A DNA stretch of 63,518 nucleotides, counting the filler, from Trichomonas gallinae (Eukaryota), in the NCBI GenBank assembly GCA_008369845.1. It is 7 parts of 7 records of this genome, joined end to end, with 100 filler letters (N's around TTAATTAATTAA, not from the genome) between each part and the next. Parts side by side here need not be neighbours in the genome. Positions count along the whole stretch, not along the records: positions 21,431 to 35,217 come from MRSU01000540.1; positions 35,318 to 42,952 come from MRSU01000548.1; positions 43,053 to 53,303 come from MRSU01000549.1; 4 more parts are not named here. One strand, written 5' to 3'. Positions within the stretch are counted from its first letter, which is position 1, and every line of letters begins with the position of its first letter. The notes beneath the pieces are model-generated. The model was not told where the DNA came from, did not search any database, and was given only the letters and a program-made list of their open reading frames with translations. The translations under genes and the position numbers were made by a program. Positions 34,111-45,627 of the stretch are shown piece after piece.

Positions 34111-35217
34111 ATGTGGATGCTTTTTCCTTCATTCATCAAGTTATCCATATCTAGTGAATACACTGGAGATCAAAATCAGCTTACAATATCAGCTACAGAA
34201 GATATTTTGGTTCAAAACTGCAATTTCATCGGACTTGGTGCTTCTTTTACAGATTCCGCTCTGTTCATCAAGGACGGAACAGGAAAGCAGACAATATCTC
34301 TACTGTCATCATACTTCTCATTCTGCAATGCTGGACAAGGTGGAGCTTTTTCATTCGATGGAAATTTCAATGTGAATATTCAATATGTCTGCGTATTTAA
34401 CTGCAGCGCAATGACAACAGCAGGACTTTGGTGGATTAAAGTCTCAAACACTCCAACGCTTTCATATGTGTCCACCTACATATCAGACTGCAAGATTTCT
34501 AATGCCTACTTCGAGAACAGTGGACCAACCATTTCCAATTGGAATGCGTCGAATCTTCAGGCGACAATGCACATGTACTTCACTTTTAGTTATGGAAACA
34601 TTTATTTTCATTGCTCTTCGCAGGCATTGATGAAGTACACGAATATGGCTGATGGATACAGTCCTTGTTCAATTGTGTACAACTGGAAATCCACAGCTCC
34701 TGTTTATATCGACAGTTGCAACTTTTTCAAGAATCGCATTGTTGATTATGCATTCATTTACGCAGAAAAATGTGGAAATGTCATCACACAAATTTCAAAC
34801 TCGGTTTTCAATGACAACACATTAAACAATCAAGCCTATTTTCATGGGGACAAGTCCAAAATTGTTCTTTCAGATAATGTTGTCGTCGATTCCATATCTG
34901 TCAAAGGCACCGTACAGACAAATGGAATGACATATTCATCAAATTACGAGATGAAAATTTTTACATTTTATGAGTTCGCAGAATGTCTTGCTGTACAACC
35001 ATCATATATTCCGACCCCAATTCCAGACCCAACACCACAACCTACCCCAGAAAGTACACCTTCCTCAACACCATCATCAACACCTTTTTCAACACCAAGC
35101 TCCACACCATCATCTACGCCTAATTCGACTCCATCTTCAACACCATCGTCAACTCCAAGTTCAACGCCTAGTTCAACACCATCATCAACACAATCCTCAA
35201 CTCCATCTTCAACACCA
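34111..35217 (+). CDS. Tandem paralog of 31802-33325 with (STPS)n stalk; 3' truncated by gap
   Basis: Shared EYTGDQ, GGAFS.DGNFN, AGLWWIK, NWNASNL and YNWKSTAP blocks; 12-bp repeats at ~35053-35217. Confidence 0.82.
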
Positions 35218-35317
35218 NNNNNNNNNNNNNNNNNNNNNNNNNNNNNNNNNNNNNNNNNNNNTTAATTAATTAANNNNNNNNNNNNNNNNNNNNNNNNNNN
35301 NNNNNNNNNNNNNNNNN

Positions 35318-35381
35318 AGTATATTGGTTAGAATGGATCCTTGACACGGATCAGAGGCCAGTTCGATTCTGGCCTGGGACA
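35318..35381 (+). tRNA. tRNA-Val(GAC), 5' ~8 nt lost in gap
   Basis: Anticodon arm GATCC-TTGACAC-GGATC (GAC at 35343-35345), T arm GCCAG-TTCGATT-CTGGC, 3' acceptor strand CTGGGAC plus discriminator A, followed by a T7 Pol III terminator. Confidence 0.88.
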
Positions 35382-35954
35382 TTTTTTTCTTTTTTAAATT
35401 TTTTGTATTCAAAAATCCATAAAATGAGCAATAAGACAGCCAATATTTGGATATATAAAACTGATGATTAATTCATTAAATGATAATAATTTATTTATAT
35501 CTCATGTAATAAAATTTTGAAATAATTTCTTTGTCATAAGTGTTATTATAGCTTTGTGTGTATATGTTGTATTAGAATCAACAAACAATATTTGGTGTTG
35601 GAATTTCGTGGCGTCTCGTGGCGTATTGAGTGTAAAGTAATGTCTTGAGACGCCAAACTCAGAATTTCTCTACGGGAAAAAGTGCTCGAGACAAATAAAC
35701 CTTTCAAAAATTGAATGGTTTACACTCAAGACGCCGAGACAAAATTCGACCCAATATTTGAGACCCCCGATATTCATCGCTGTCACGCCCGTAAAATAAG
35801 AAACTTGACAATTCGTGCATTTTCCAAGCAAATTCTGAGTGCTCACTATATAACTAATGCAATAAAGAACGAAAAATCGAAAAGAAATTTTGTATTTCGA
35901 GCCATGATGAAATAATCGTAATGTTTTCAATTTTTTTTCCTTTTTGGTCAATAT

Positions 35955-38231
35955 ATGTTTTTAGTATTGTTAACTGCTTTATGTATCCAAGATACAGCTA
36001 CAGACAAACAGACAGGTACCCCAGCACTTAAAAATACTAAAGCCAGCACAAAAAAGACAACAGATATCGTGACAAAATCTAAAAATACAACATTAAATAC
36101 AGGAAACAAGAATCAGACTCTTATTTCAACAAAGCCAACTGATACACCACAAGTAAACCCATTAAATACAAAATTGAATAATACTCTCTCCGAAACACCA
36201 AAGACAACAGATGAAGATAGCTCGGTTACTCCAAAAACAAATACAACACAAAGTTCTGCCGCTGCAAAACCAACAAATGCAACAAAAATTTCTAATAAGA
36301 ATACAACAGTCACCGAAACACCTAAGACTAAGCCAGGCACTGAGATAGGAAAGAACACAACAGTTGTTGAACCAAAGAAGAATACAACTACTGTCACAAA
36401 TAAGAATACCACAATTCCAACTTCAAAGAACACAACAAATATTCCATCCACAAACACAACAATTGTTCCGAAGGCTAACACAACAACAGTTCCAACATCT
36501 AACACAACAACAATTCCAACCTCCAAGAATACAACAGTTAAACCAGCCACGAACACAACAGTTAAGCCAGCTACAAACACAACAGTCAAACCAACAACAA
36601 ACACAACAGTTAAACCAGCTACAAATACAACAATTAAGCCAGCTACAAACACATCCACGGTTAAGCCATCAACAAACACAACTGTTAAGCCATCAACAAA
36701 TACATCAACAATTCCAGTAGTTAAGAACACAACAACAACAGATAATGCCACAAAGCCAGTTGAAGAAGAGAAGGAAGACTTTAAAAGCGATACTGGCAAA
36801 GAAACTGAACAGCACGGAGAGACCCCAGTTGAAGCAGAAGAACACACTAAACAAGACACAGAACACAACAAAACCACAATTGAAGAACCAACAACAACGG
36901 CTACAGAACATAACAAAGAAGAAACAACAACTGGAAAAGAAGAACCAGGAGCTAATACAAAAAATACAACTGTTGATGGAGGAGAACATCCTGCTCATGA
37001 AAACGGTGAAAAATCTAATACAACAGTGTCCGAGCATCAACAGCACTCAGTTTCTACAGAAACTGAACACGACACTAAGGAATCTCAGGCAACCGAAGAA
37101 AACAATCAACCACACAAGACTCCAGAACCAGAGCAAACCGCTGAACATAATGAAACCTCAGAACCAGAGCAAACCAAGCAAGCCGAAGAAACAGCAATCA
37201 CAGAAGCCCCACACGGAAAGGAGGAGGGTAGTGGCATATCAACAGAAGAAACAAAAGCAGGAAAAGAAGAAGTCACCACCGATCATGGCACCAAGTCCTC
37301 AGAAGAATCAGTCGACAAACCAGCCTCCACACCAGCTCCAGAGGTCGAAGAGTCTAAGGTAGAAAAAGAAACAAAGAAGGGTGATGAAAATACAGAAGAA
37401 ACAAAGACAGAAGAGCAAAAGAAGGACGATGAAAAGGCCGAAGAAACAAAGAAGGATGATGAAAGTACAGAAAAACCAAAGAAGGATGATGAAAATACAG
37501 AAGAAACAAAGAAGAATGATGAAAATACAGAAGAAACAAAGAAGGACGATGAAAATACAGAAGAAACAAAGAAGGACGATGAAAATACAGAAGAAACAAA
37601 GAAGGATGATGAAAATACAGAAAAACCAAAGAAGGATGATGAAAGTACAGAAGAAACAAAGACAGAGGAACCCAAGGTCGAGCAGACAAATACTCCAGAA
37701 CCACAGAAGCCAAATGTCACAAAGACACCAGAACCACAGAAACCAAATATTACAAATACAGCAGAACCACAGAAGCCAAATGTCACAAAGACACCAGAAC
37801 CACAGAAACCAAATATTACAAATACACCAGAACCACAAAAGCCAGTTGTCACAAAGACACCTGAGCCCCAGGATGAAGATGATGAGGATGAAAATGAGGA
37901 GGACGATAAGAAATCATCCCCAACACCAGAGCCAAAGACTCCAGAGCAAAAGAAGCCTGAGCAAAAGACACCAGAGCCAGAACCTGAAGATGTTGAGCCA
38001 GACGAGATAGCAGAGAAGAACAAGCAGAAGGATAGCAATAATAATGAATTGCCAAGTGGTGTTACATCCAATACTATTAAACAAGCTTCAACAGCCAAGA
38101 TTCTTGTCATGATTGTCGGCGGAGTCGCAATTTGCCTTGTCATCGCCGTTGTTTACATTGTTTTCAATCGCCGTCGCCCACAGGAACAGCAACAAGAAGA
38201 ACCTCTTCTTATCACGGACGAATTTTATTAA
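35955..38231 (+). CDS. Mucin-like Thr/Asn-rich and acidic repeat type I membrane protein
   Basis: Signal peptide, TVKPATNT repeats with many NxT sequons, KKDDENTEET and TPEPQKPN repeats, TM, tail QEEPLL acidic-dileucine motif. Confidence 0.88.
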   Translation: MFLVLLTALCIQDTATDKQTGTPALKNTKASTKKTTDIVTKSKNTTLNTGNKNQTLISTKPTDTPQVNPLNTKLNNTLSETPKTTDEDSSVTPKTNTTQSSAAAKPTNATKISNKNTTVTETPKTKPGTEIGKNTTVVEPKKNTTTVTNKNTTIPTSKNTTNIPSTNTTIVPKANTTTVPTSNTTTIPTSKNTTVKPATNTTVKPATNTTVKPTTNTTVKPATNTTIKPATNTSTVKPSTNTTVKPSTNTSTIPVVKNTTTTDNATKPVEEEKEDFKSDTGKETEQHGETPVEAEEHTKQDTEHNKTTIEEPTTTATEHNKEETTTGKEEPGANTKNTTVDGGEHPAHENGEKSNTTVSEHQQHSVSTETEHDTKESQATEENNQPHKTPEPEQTAEHNETSEPEQTKQAEETAITEAPHGKEEGSGISTEETKAGKEEVTTDHGTKSSEESVDKPASTPAPEVEESKVEKETKKGDENTEETKTEEQKKDDEKAEETKKDDESTEKPKKDDENTEETKKNDENTEETKKDDENTEETKKDDENTEETKKDDENTEKPKKDDESTEETKTEEPKVEQTNTPEPQKPNVTKTPEPQKPNITNTAEPQKPNVTKTPEPQKPNITNTPEPQKPVVTKTPEPQDEDDEDENEEDDKKSSPTPEPKTPEQKKPEQKTPEPEPEDVEPDEIAEKNKQKDSNNNELPSGVTSNTIKQASTAKILVMIVGGVAICLVIAVVYIVFNRRRPQEQQQEEPLLITDEFY

Positions 38232-38356
38232 ATAAACTCTAATATCTCTTATTTTTATTCACAAAACCCTCAAAAAGACACCAAACACTACACGTTTGCG
38301 CATAAGAAACAAATGGCAATTTTAGTTTTTATGAAATGTTTGTCACTTTTTCCATA

Positions 38357-38653
38357 ATGACTGAATCGGACAGCTCAACAGATCCAGGTGCATCGCTTCT
38401 CGGTGAGTACTGCCCCTTCATTGCGGATGTCCCAATCACGTCATACGCCGAACCATTCCCAATCCCAAATCGCGACACAAGAGGCGAAGAAGAAATCAAA
38501 GAAATCAAAGCAAATCTCAAACGCTTAACAAATAGTAAACATTTCAATCCACCGCTTCCACTCGCCGATTTCTGCTTGATTGCTAAGGAGAGATGGGAGA
38601 ACGATGATTCTGATGGCTCTGAGTGCTCTCTTGGAGTTTGCAAGCTCTTATAA
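38357..38653 (+). CDS. Short hypothetical protein
   Basis: Coding-like composition; TCACT Inr-like motif at 38344 upstream of ATG 38357. Confidence 0.5.
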   Translation: MTESDSSTDPGASLLGEYCPFIADVPITSYAEPFPIPNRDTRGEEEIKEIKANLKRLTNSKHFNPPLPLADFCLIAKERWENDDSDGSECSLGVCKLL

Positions 38654-39216
38654 TTTTGTTTGGCTTCAATAATAAAGTTAATACTACGTAGTTTTATTAA
38701 TATAATCTTAAACTGTGCTATTTATTATTTTTCAATTTCTTTCTTCGTAAATATTCTATTTCGTATGCAAAAGATATAATCAAAAATTTATATGCATGTC
38801 GTATGGTCATGTTGAGAGTCATTCTTCGAATTCCCAATTTCTGTTATTTTATATTTTAAGATCTATGAACTCCTATCATATAAAGCACACAGATAATACA
38901 ATGTAGTTAATGCATTTTGAGTTAAATGCATCAAATATTAAATTCAATTTGCAGGTCTTATAAAATATCAATAATTGAAGTATTTTTGATTTCAGCCTTT
39001 CATGTATAGCTTCAATACTATAATAACACATCTTCAATTCGAGAATTATTTCAGATATTTGTTTGGTCAAAATTTTTGCAGTGATTGCGCTGTAAATCAT
39101 CAGAGTTAACTTTATATGGGATAAATTAGCCAATGACTAAATAATTAACAAATGAAACCAAGTAGTCAAAAAAATCAACATATATAAACAAAAATACAAA
39201 CAAATTTAGTATAATA

Positions 39217-39756
39217 TTAGGTTGTGTAGAATGAGCCGTCAACGGGTCGAAGAATTTTCAAGATAATCAATAGAACATCAATAAATGCCCAAAGACCGAA
39301 TCCTCCAAGTGTTGCTAGCTTCAGGAATCCGGTAAGTGTATAACCCAAGTAAAATCTGTCTGCTCCGAAGCCTCCAAAAAGAATTGAACAAACTAAAGCA
39401 GAAGTATGCGAGTATGACGCTGTTGATTGACAGAACATCTGTGATTCGAACGAACGAGGGCCTAAACATGTTGATGTTGCTTGAACAGTACATATTCCAA
39501 TCTGAGGCTTTGAAGAAGGAGTACATCTATCTGGAAATCCGCAATGCAATTCACTCTTTGGCAGTTGCCAACAGTAATTGCATGGAAGTGTTACAGTTAT
39601 ATTTTTATCTCCCGAGCAAACAGCATATTTATTCACGTTGCAAACAGCAGAAACATTTTGGCCTATCTTACATCGTTCTGCCGTGCAAGTGAAGTACTGC
39701 GGGTACAAATTCGAGCAGTTTTCCATTTGCCTCGAGAGAGAAAAAAACAAAAACAT
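39217..39756 (-). CDS. TM2 domain-containing protein
   Basis: Cys-rich ectodomain followed by LFGGFGADRFYLG...KLATLGGFGLWAFID. Confidence 0.92.
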   Translation of the reverse strand: MFLFFSLSRQMENCSNLYPQYFTCTAERCKIGQNVSAVCNVNKYAVCSGDKNITVTLPCNYCWQLPKSELHCGFPDRCTPSSKPQIGICTVQATSTCLGPRSFESQMFCQSTASYSHTSALVCSILFGGFGADRFYLGYTLTGFLKLATLGGFGLWAFIDVLLIILKILRPVDGSFYTT

Positions 39757-40065
39757 TATATCAATTGACAAACAATCGTATTTACATGACAAAAATTGGA
39801 TCGTGATCCAACTTTACAAAGCAAATCGCAATTTACATAACAAAATCAAATTTATACCATTTTATGTGACAAAAATTATATTTACATGACAGATTTGATG
39901 AAAATAGTTTACATGACATATTATGTCATTTTATGCGACAAAAAGAATTTTACATGACAAAAATCTAGTTTTGACAAATCTGCCGGTTTATTTGACAAAT
40001 ATTGAAGTGAATGTCAAACTGACAAACAAAATTTGATGTTTACACGTCAAAAAGATTATTAGGAA

Positions 40066-42198
40066 ATGGGCGGAACATTATCTTCGAATGATAGTATTTC
40101 TACATTTCTTAAGACACTCCTTTCTGGTGCTTGTCCACCAAGTCACCCGATTTGGAACAATATTTCGATACAAAATTTTAACACATCTGAAATTACAAAA
40201 GAAGACATTCAATTGCTAACAGAAGTACGCGATAAGCGTCCAGATAACTTCGCAGAGCTCGTGAGGTTCTTTGTGGAGTCTTTTATGCGTTATATTAAAG
40301 TGGCTGAAACTGAAGCACAGTCAGGCTCGATGTTTGACATTTTAAGGCTCTATTCCGATACCACATGCCTATTGTTGAGCATTTCGGGTTTACCGCAAAA
40401 GATATCTCCTTGGTTTAAGGCGCCAACGTTATATCTTTCCTCCGTTGCGCCATTTCATCAACTGATGCAGGCGGAATTCCGATTACTCAACCTTACAGAC
40501 TCCATTTTCAACAGCTATGCAGATGAACTCAACGCAAACATAACATTCGCGAAAACTTTGCTTTTTATGCAACAAAGTGAAGCGTTTACCTACCAAGTTT
40601 CATCGGATCCATCACCATACATCACGTCTTTCGACACTTTTCCAGCCAATGTCTACCTTCCTTCATTCTTTGAGTTCATTCCGAAAGCGATCATGACAAC
40701 ACGCTCAGAACCAATCCTAAAGTTCGTCAAAGCACTTATAACAGCCACTATACTACCTATTTACACGTGCAACACATGGAAAACAGCTCTTTCCAATGTA
40801 GAACAAAATACTCTTCACGCTGCTTTTGTTCCCCTTTTATCTTTATACGACAATATATACGCGTCTGGAGTCCCTGGACGCGTTTTAGCCTGTTCTGAGG
40901 AATTGGTTTCACTCCTTTACGCAGTTATTCTAAGATATCCGACATTTCTCAAATTTATCGATATTAACAAACTATCACAACGCTATATTACAGTATTACT
41001 TTTACTATTCAGATATAAGATGGATAATTCGTCAATTACGTTTATTCATTCGATTATTTTATTAATAATCAGCCATTTAACATCAGATTTTCATTCACTT
41101 TTATCCCTTAATGATCCCTTCGTTGGTCCATTCCCAATCAAGGATCAAAGACCACACAAAGGCTCTTTTGCAGATTTAATAATCGAAATCATTACATATC
41201 CTTTAGTTAAAGATTTCAAATCATGTTTCCCACTTGCACCTCTTGTTACTGCTATTATACAAAACCTTTCATCTACAACAGGTCATCTTTCATTCTTCAA
41301 TGCAAATCGAATTTTCGAAGTTCTTAGATTGTTCTTCAAATCGAAAGCAGCTGAGAGCTCAGATTCAAAACTCCCGATTGCGAGACTTCTAAATGCGATT
41401 TATCAATTTATTGCATTCCAAACTCTTGGAAAGAAGTCAATTCTATTGTATGGAATCGTCAATAAAGTCATCATAAACTCTGTTGCAACATGTTCACTAA
41501 GAGAATGGAAGCTTCCAGCAGAAAAAATTAAAAAGATTTTAGACGCTGCAGACGAGCCACTGAAAAGCAAGGCCAAGAATGCAGATGCACTTCTTCAGAA
41601 CGCAATAGCCCCAATACTCGCAGAATTCAACGATTCACCTGTCCCACAAACAGCATTTACAATGGGACCTGAAGTAGAAACTATCTGGTACGACTGGGCG
41701 AGAATTTTGCTGTGGAGAGTTTTCCCAGAAGAGTCAGAATTCTATCATTTGAACTTTTTGACATTCAAACAAAGCGGATTTACTCCTAAGCAGCCAAATC
41801 CTGTCCCAGAGGAATCATTGTCCAAAGAAGAAGCAAAGATGATCGACGAAAAACCACAACAACAGCAGCAACAAGCACCATTGATTATTGAGACGCGCCC
41901 AGACAATCCTTTGAGAAATCCTGTTGTTGCGCGCGCCAGTCCACAACAATCTTCTCAGCTTAAAAATGAAAGCGAAGACGAAAATGATGAAGATGAAGAC
42001 CCTCAGACTTCAATCAAGAAAATCATCGAAGCTACGAGAAGCCAATCGCAGAGAAATGCCAAACTCGTTATGCGCCAAATGGATGATGTGCCTGAGCAGC
42101 TCGAGACGCCTGTTAAGCACGTGAAGACGCTTGAGGAACTCGATAATCCATTCGGAAGTGAAGACGAAGACGAATTGGCGAAATTCTTAGAAGACTGA
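40066..42198 (+). CDS. HID1/Dymeclin-like protein
   Basis: MGGTLS myristoylation-like start; ILLIISHLTSD...LNDPF...GSFADLIIEII resembles the HID1 core. Confidence 0.6.
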   Translation: MGGTLSSNDSISTFLKTLLSGACPPSHPIWNNISIQNFNTSEITKEDIQLLTEVRDKRPDNFAELVRFFVESFMRYIKVAETEAQSGSMFDILRLYSDTTCLLLSISGLPQKISPWFKAPTLYLSSVAPFHQLMQAEFRLLNLTDSIFNSYADELNANITFAKTLLFMQQSEAFTYQVSSDPSPYITSFDTFPANVYLPSFFEFIPKAIMTTRSEPILKFVKALITATILPIYTCNTWKTALSNVEQNTLHAAFVPLLSLYDNIYASGVPGRVLACSEELVSLLYAVILRYPTFLKFIDINKLSQRYITVLLLLFRYKMDNSSITFIHSIILLIISHLTSDFHSLLSLNDPFVGPFPIKDQRPHKGSFADLIIEIITYPLVKDFKSCFPLAPLVTAIIQNLSSTTGHLSFFNANRIFEVLRLFFKSKAAESSDSKLPIARLLNAIYQFIAFQTLGKKSILLYGIVNKVIINSVATCSLREWKLPAEKIKKILDAADEPLKSKAKNADALLQNAIAPILAEFNDSPVPQTAFTMGPEVETIWYDWARILLWRVFPEESEFYHLNFLTFKQSGFTPKQPNPVPEESLSKEEAKMIDEKPQQQQQQAPLIIETRPDNPLRNPVVARASPQQSSQLKNESEDENDEDEDPQTSIKKIIEATRSQSQRNAKLVMRQMDDVPEQLETPVKHVKTLEELDNPFGSEDEDELAKFLED

Positions 42199-44436
42199 TG
42201 TTTTTTTTATTATTATATTACTTTATTGTTTAATTCAATGACTATAGTTTTATCTGTCTAAATATTTATTACATAAACTGTTATAGATTGCTACTCTTTT
42301 ACTTTCAAACGAAATATTCATGATCAAGATAAAGAATGATAAATCTTTTTTACTCAATGTTTTTCAATACAAAGGAATTGAATATATGGAATGATACTGT
42401 ATTTAGCTAATGCTCTATAATCATATATGGTCCTTTTTGTTTATTGATATTTTTTGGTAATGCTCGTCCCTGAGGCGTTAGGAATTAAAAAAAGTAAACC
42501 TTTTATTTTAATAAAAATGACAAATGTTCTAAACTGAATTTCAAAAGTCGGGTCTGAAACAATAGGTGACATAAGTGTACCACAAATGGGCTACCAGTTA
42601 ACACTTATCAATTATTGGTACTATCCGAATGAAATCCATTCATAAAACTTAGAATTCATGCAAGTAATAATCGAAATTAATAATTTATACAGATTTATTG
42701 CACAAGAATAGCAATTAATTCATCGAAATGACAGAACAATGCAATAGAGTATTTATATGCCAAAGTTTCAAGCCACGAAAAAGAATTTTCACTTGTTACT
42801 ACACCTCTAATAAAATTTCATTTTTATTGATCTATGATGAATATTCATAGTCAACTCTTTGATATTATAATATTTTGATTTTTTGATAATTAATGAAAGT
42901 ATAGTCATTATATAAGATTTAGCGATTCATTGGAAAGATATATTATGCATAGNNNNNNNNNNNNNNNNNNNNNNNNNNNNNNNNNNNNNNNNNNNNTTAA
43001 TTAATTAANNNNNNNNNNNNNNNNNNNNNNNNNNNNNNNNNNNNNNNNNNNNACAGCCAAAACTCATTTTTACTAATCACAGACAAAGTTATTCCATTTG
43101 CGGGACGCCACCGGTAGAACCCACCGGATGCCGAGAAATAAATTACGAATAACGAATTTACGCGTTAATTTGCGTAAAATCTGTGAAATATAGAATCTAT
43201 TGCTTCGTAAGAGACGTTTTCTCGAATATTGGTTGTTATTTCATTTTCAAGATTGAGCGAATGACTGAAATCCATGGTTTTAATGGCAAAATCATATTCC
43301 TATATGCATAAGTATTCTCATTATCACTGACAAATCGGAATAAAGTGCATATTTTTTTACTTTCATTCTGGGTCAATGATATTTGTGGGTAGTGATGTTG
43401 ATATTTTGATGAGATAGTTTTAGGCATCTCCATTTCATGGATAATTTGAATATCGACAATATGCGTTTTTCGGCAATCTGCAGTTCTGTAAGTAGATACA
43501 TATCATTGACCAATATTAATGAATTAATATCTCATTGGGATAGCATAACAACATATGATATCCTTATGAGCCAATATCGATCTGTTAATTGAAATAGATA
43601 TCATATCAGCGACCGATTTAGCTGAGTGACGGAATTGGTGACTGATTCAGCTTGTATTAATCCTATTGAGCTATACTACTAAGCATAACTACCAGTCTTT
43701 GGCTCTAAATGAGAAATTTGTTGAATCGTTCCAAATGTCGATAAATCAATTGAAACACCGCTCATTATTCTCTACTTGGGGAGTGCTAAATATAGATGAA
43801 GTTTTAACTATATTTATCCATGTATTATTGAAATTTTTGATAACCATCGTTTCTCAAACGATATAAAACGACCAAACATATATAGATCGAATATTTGTGG
43901 TGATTAGTTTATTATATAAATATGTGAAATAGAATTTTTACAACAATTGTTTATTATATCGGTTTTTTAAATACTTAATTGAATTGAACATTTGGATAAA
44001 AATGATGTTTATGCAAGTAATGATTCCCTAGATTATTATTTGAAAGTGATTAATCGTATCTCAGAATTTTGATAATGGTATTTCGGTTACCCACAAAAAA
44101 TAACGAAATTCTCCTAATTTCTCCAATATGCCAAAACAGCTGATTTTTGCTTATCAATTTACTATCATATTCAAATTCGAATCTTTTTTTCAATCTCATA
44201 GAATTTTTTTTGAAACAACATTCAATTTAAAATCTGCCGAAGTTATATCATTTAATATGATGATTAATTTTTTCGCTTTTGAGTTATTGACCAAACATCA
44301 GTTTCATGTCACATTATACACATTTAGCACAAATATATCATTTTCTGCATTAAAATTCGAAAAAGAAAAACGATGAACGCTATAATTGAATTTTTCTCAA
44401 ATCAAAGAAAAAAGAAGTCAGTTCATTTTTCAAGTC

Positions 44437-45627
44437 ATGGGCCGCTTCACACTCCCACGCGATCTCTACCACGGACCAAATGCCCTCGAGAACCTCAAGA
44501 CACTTAAGGGCAAGAAGGCAATCGTTGTCACTGGTTCAACAGCAATGCGCAAGCATGGCTTCCTCGACAAGACAGTCAACTACCTCAAGGAGGCTGGCTT
44601 CGAGGTCAAGGTCTTCGACGGCGTCGAGCAGGATCCATCTGTTGAGACAGTTATGAAGGGTGCAGCTGCAATGACAGAATTCCAGCCAGACTGGATCGTC
44701 GCCATCGGTGGTGGCTCCCCAATCGATGCTGCCAAGGCCATGTGGGTTGTCTATGAGTACCCAGATATGACATTTGAGAAGCTCATCGTCCCATTCTCAT
44801 TCCCAGATCTCCGCCAAAAGGCCCGCTTCTGCGCTATCCCATCAACATCCGGCACAGCCACAGAAGTCACAGCCTTCTCAGTCATCACAGACTACCATAA
44901 GGGCATCAAGTACCCACTCGCTGATTTCAACATCACACCAGATGTTGCTATCGTTGATCCAGCCCTCGCTGAGACAATGCCACCAAAGCTTGTCGCATTC
45001 ACAGGCATGGATGCCCTCACACACGCTTTCGAGGCTTATGTTTCAACACTCCACTGCAACTACACAGACGGCCTCGCCCTCCACTCCATCAAGCTCATCT
45101 TCCAGGAGCTTGAGGCCTCATACAAGGGCTGCATGAAGGCTCGCGCTATCATGCACGACGCACAGTGCCTTGCCGGTATGGCCTTCTCCAACGCCCTCCT
45201 CGGCATTGTCCACTCCATGGCCCACAAGACAGGCGCTGCCTACTCTGGTGGCCACATCGTCCACGGATGCGCCAACGCCATGTACCTTCCAAAGGTCATC
45301 AAGTACAACTCAAAGAACGAGGAGGCCCTCCACCGCTACGGTGACATCGGCAGATTCCTCGGAATCGAAGGCAAGGATGATGTCGAGATCACAGACAAGA
45401 TCTGCCAGAAGATCCGCGACCTTTGTGTCAGAATCAACGTCCCACTCTGCATCAAGGACTACGAAAACGGCATGATCAACGAGCAGGAGTACCTCTCCAA
45501 GCTGAAGGATGTTGCTACAAACGCAATCGGTGATGCTTGCACAGGCTCCAACCCACGCCAGCCAAATCAGGAGGAAATGGAGAAGCTCCTTCTCGCTGTC
45601 TTCTATGATAAGCCAATCGACTTCTAA
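44437..45627 (+). CDS. Iron-containing alcohol (butanol) dehydrogenase, bacterial type
   Basis: MGRFTLPRDLYHG start, GGGSPIDAAK, PSTSGTATEVT, GMDALTHA.E, HSMAH, HG.ANA; Inr-like TCAGTTCATT upstream; strong codon bias. Confidence 0.95.
   Translation: MGRFTLPRDLYHGPNALENLKTLKGKKAIVVTGSTAMRKHGFLDKTVNYLKEAGFEVKVFDGVEQDPSVETVMKGAAAMTEFQPDWIVAIGGGSPIDAAKAMWVVYEYPDMTFEKLIVPFSFPDLRQKARFCAIPSTSGTATEVTAFSVITDYHKGIKYPLADFNITPDVAIVDPALAETMPPKLVAFTGMDALTHAFEAYVSTLHCNYTDGLALHSIKLIFQELEASYKGCMKARAIMHDAQCLAGMAFSNALLGIVHSMAHKTGAAYSGGHIVHGCANAMYLPKVIKYNSKNEEALHRYGDIGRFLGIEGKDDVEITDKICQKIRDLCVRINVPLCIKDYENGMINEQEYLSKLKDVATNAIGDACTGSNPRQPNQEEMEKLLLAVFYDKPIDF

Noticed and set aside
36113..38143. Long antisense and alternative-frame ORFs
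   Set aside because: Shadows of low-complexity repeats in the mucin-like gene.
43053..44380. Short ORFs upstream of ADH as a TE remnant
   Set aside because: No recognisable motif in the frames I translated.
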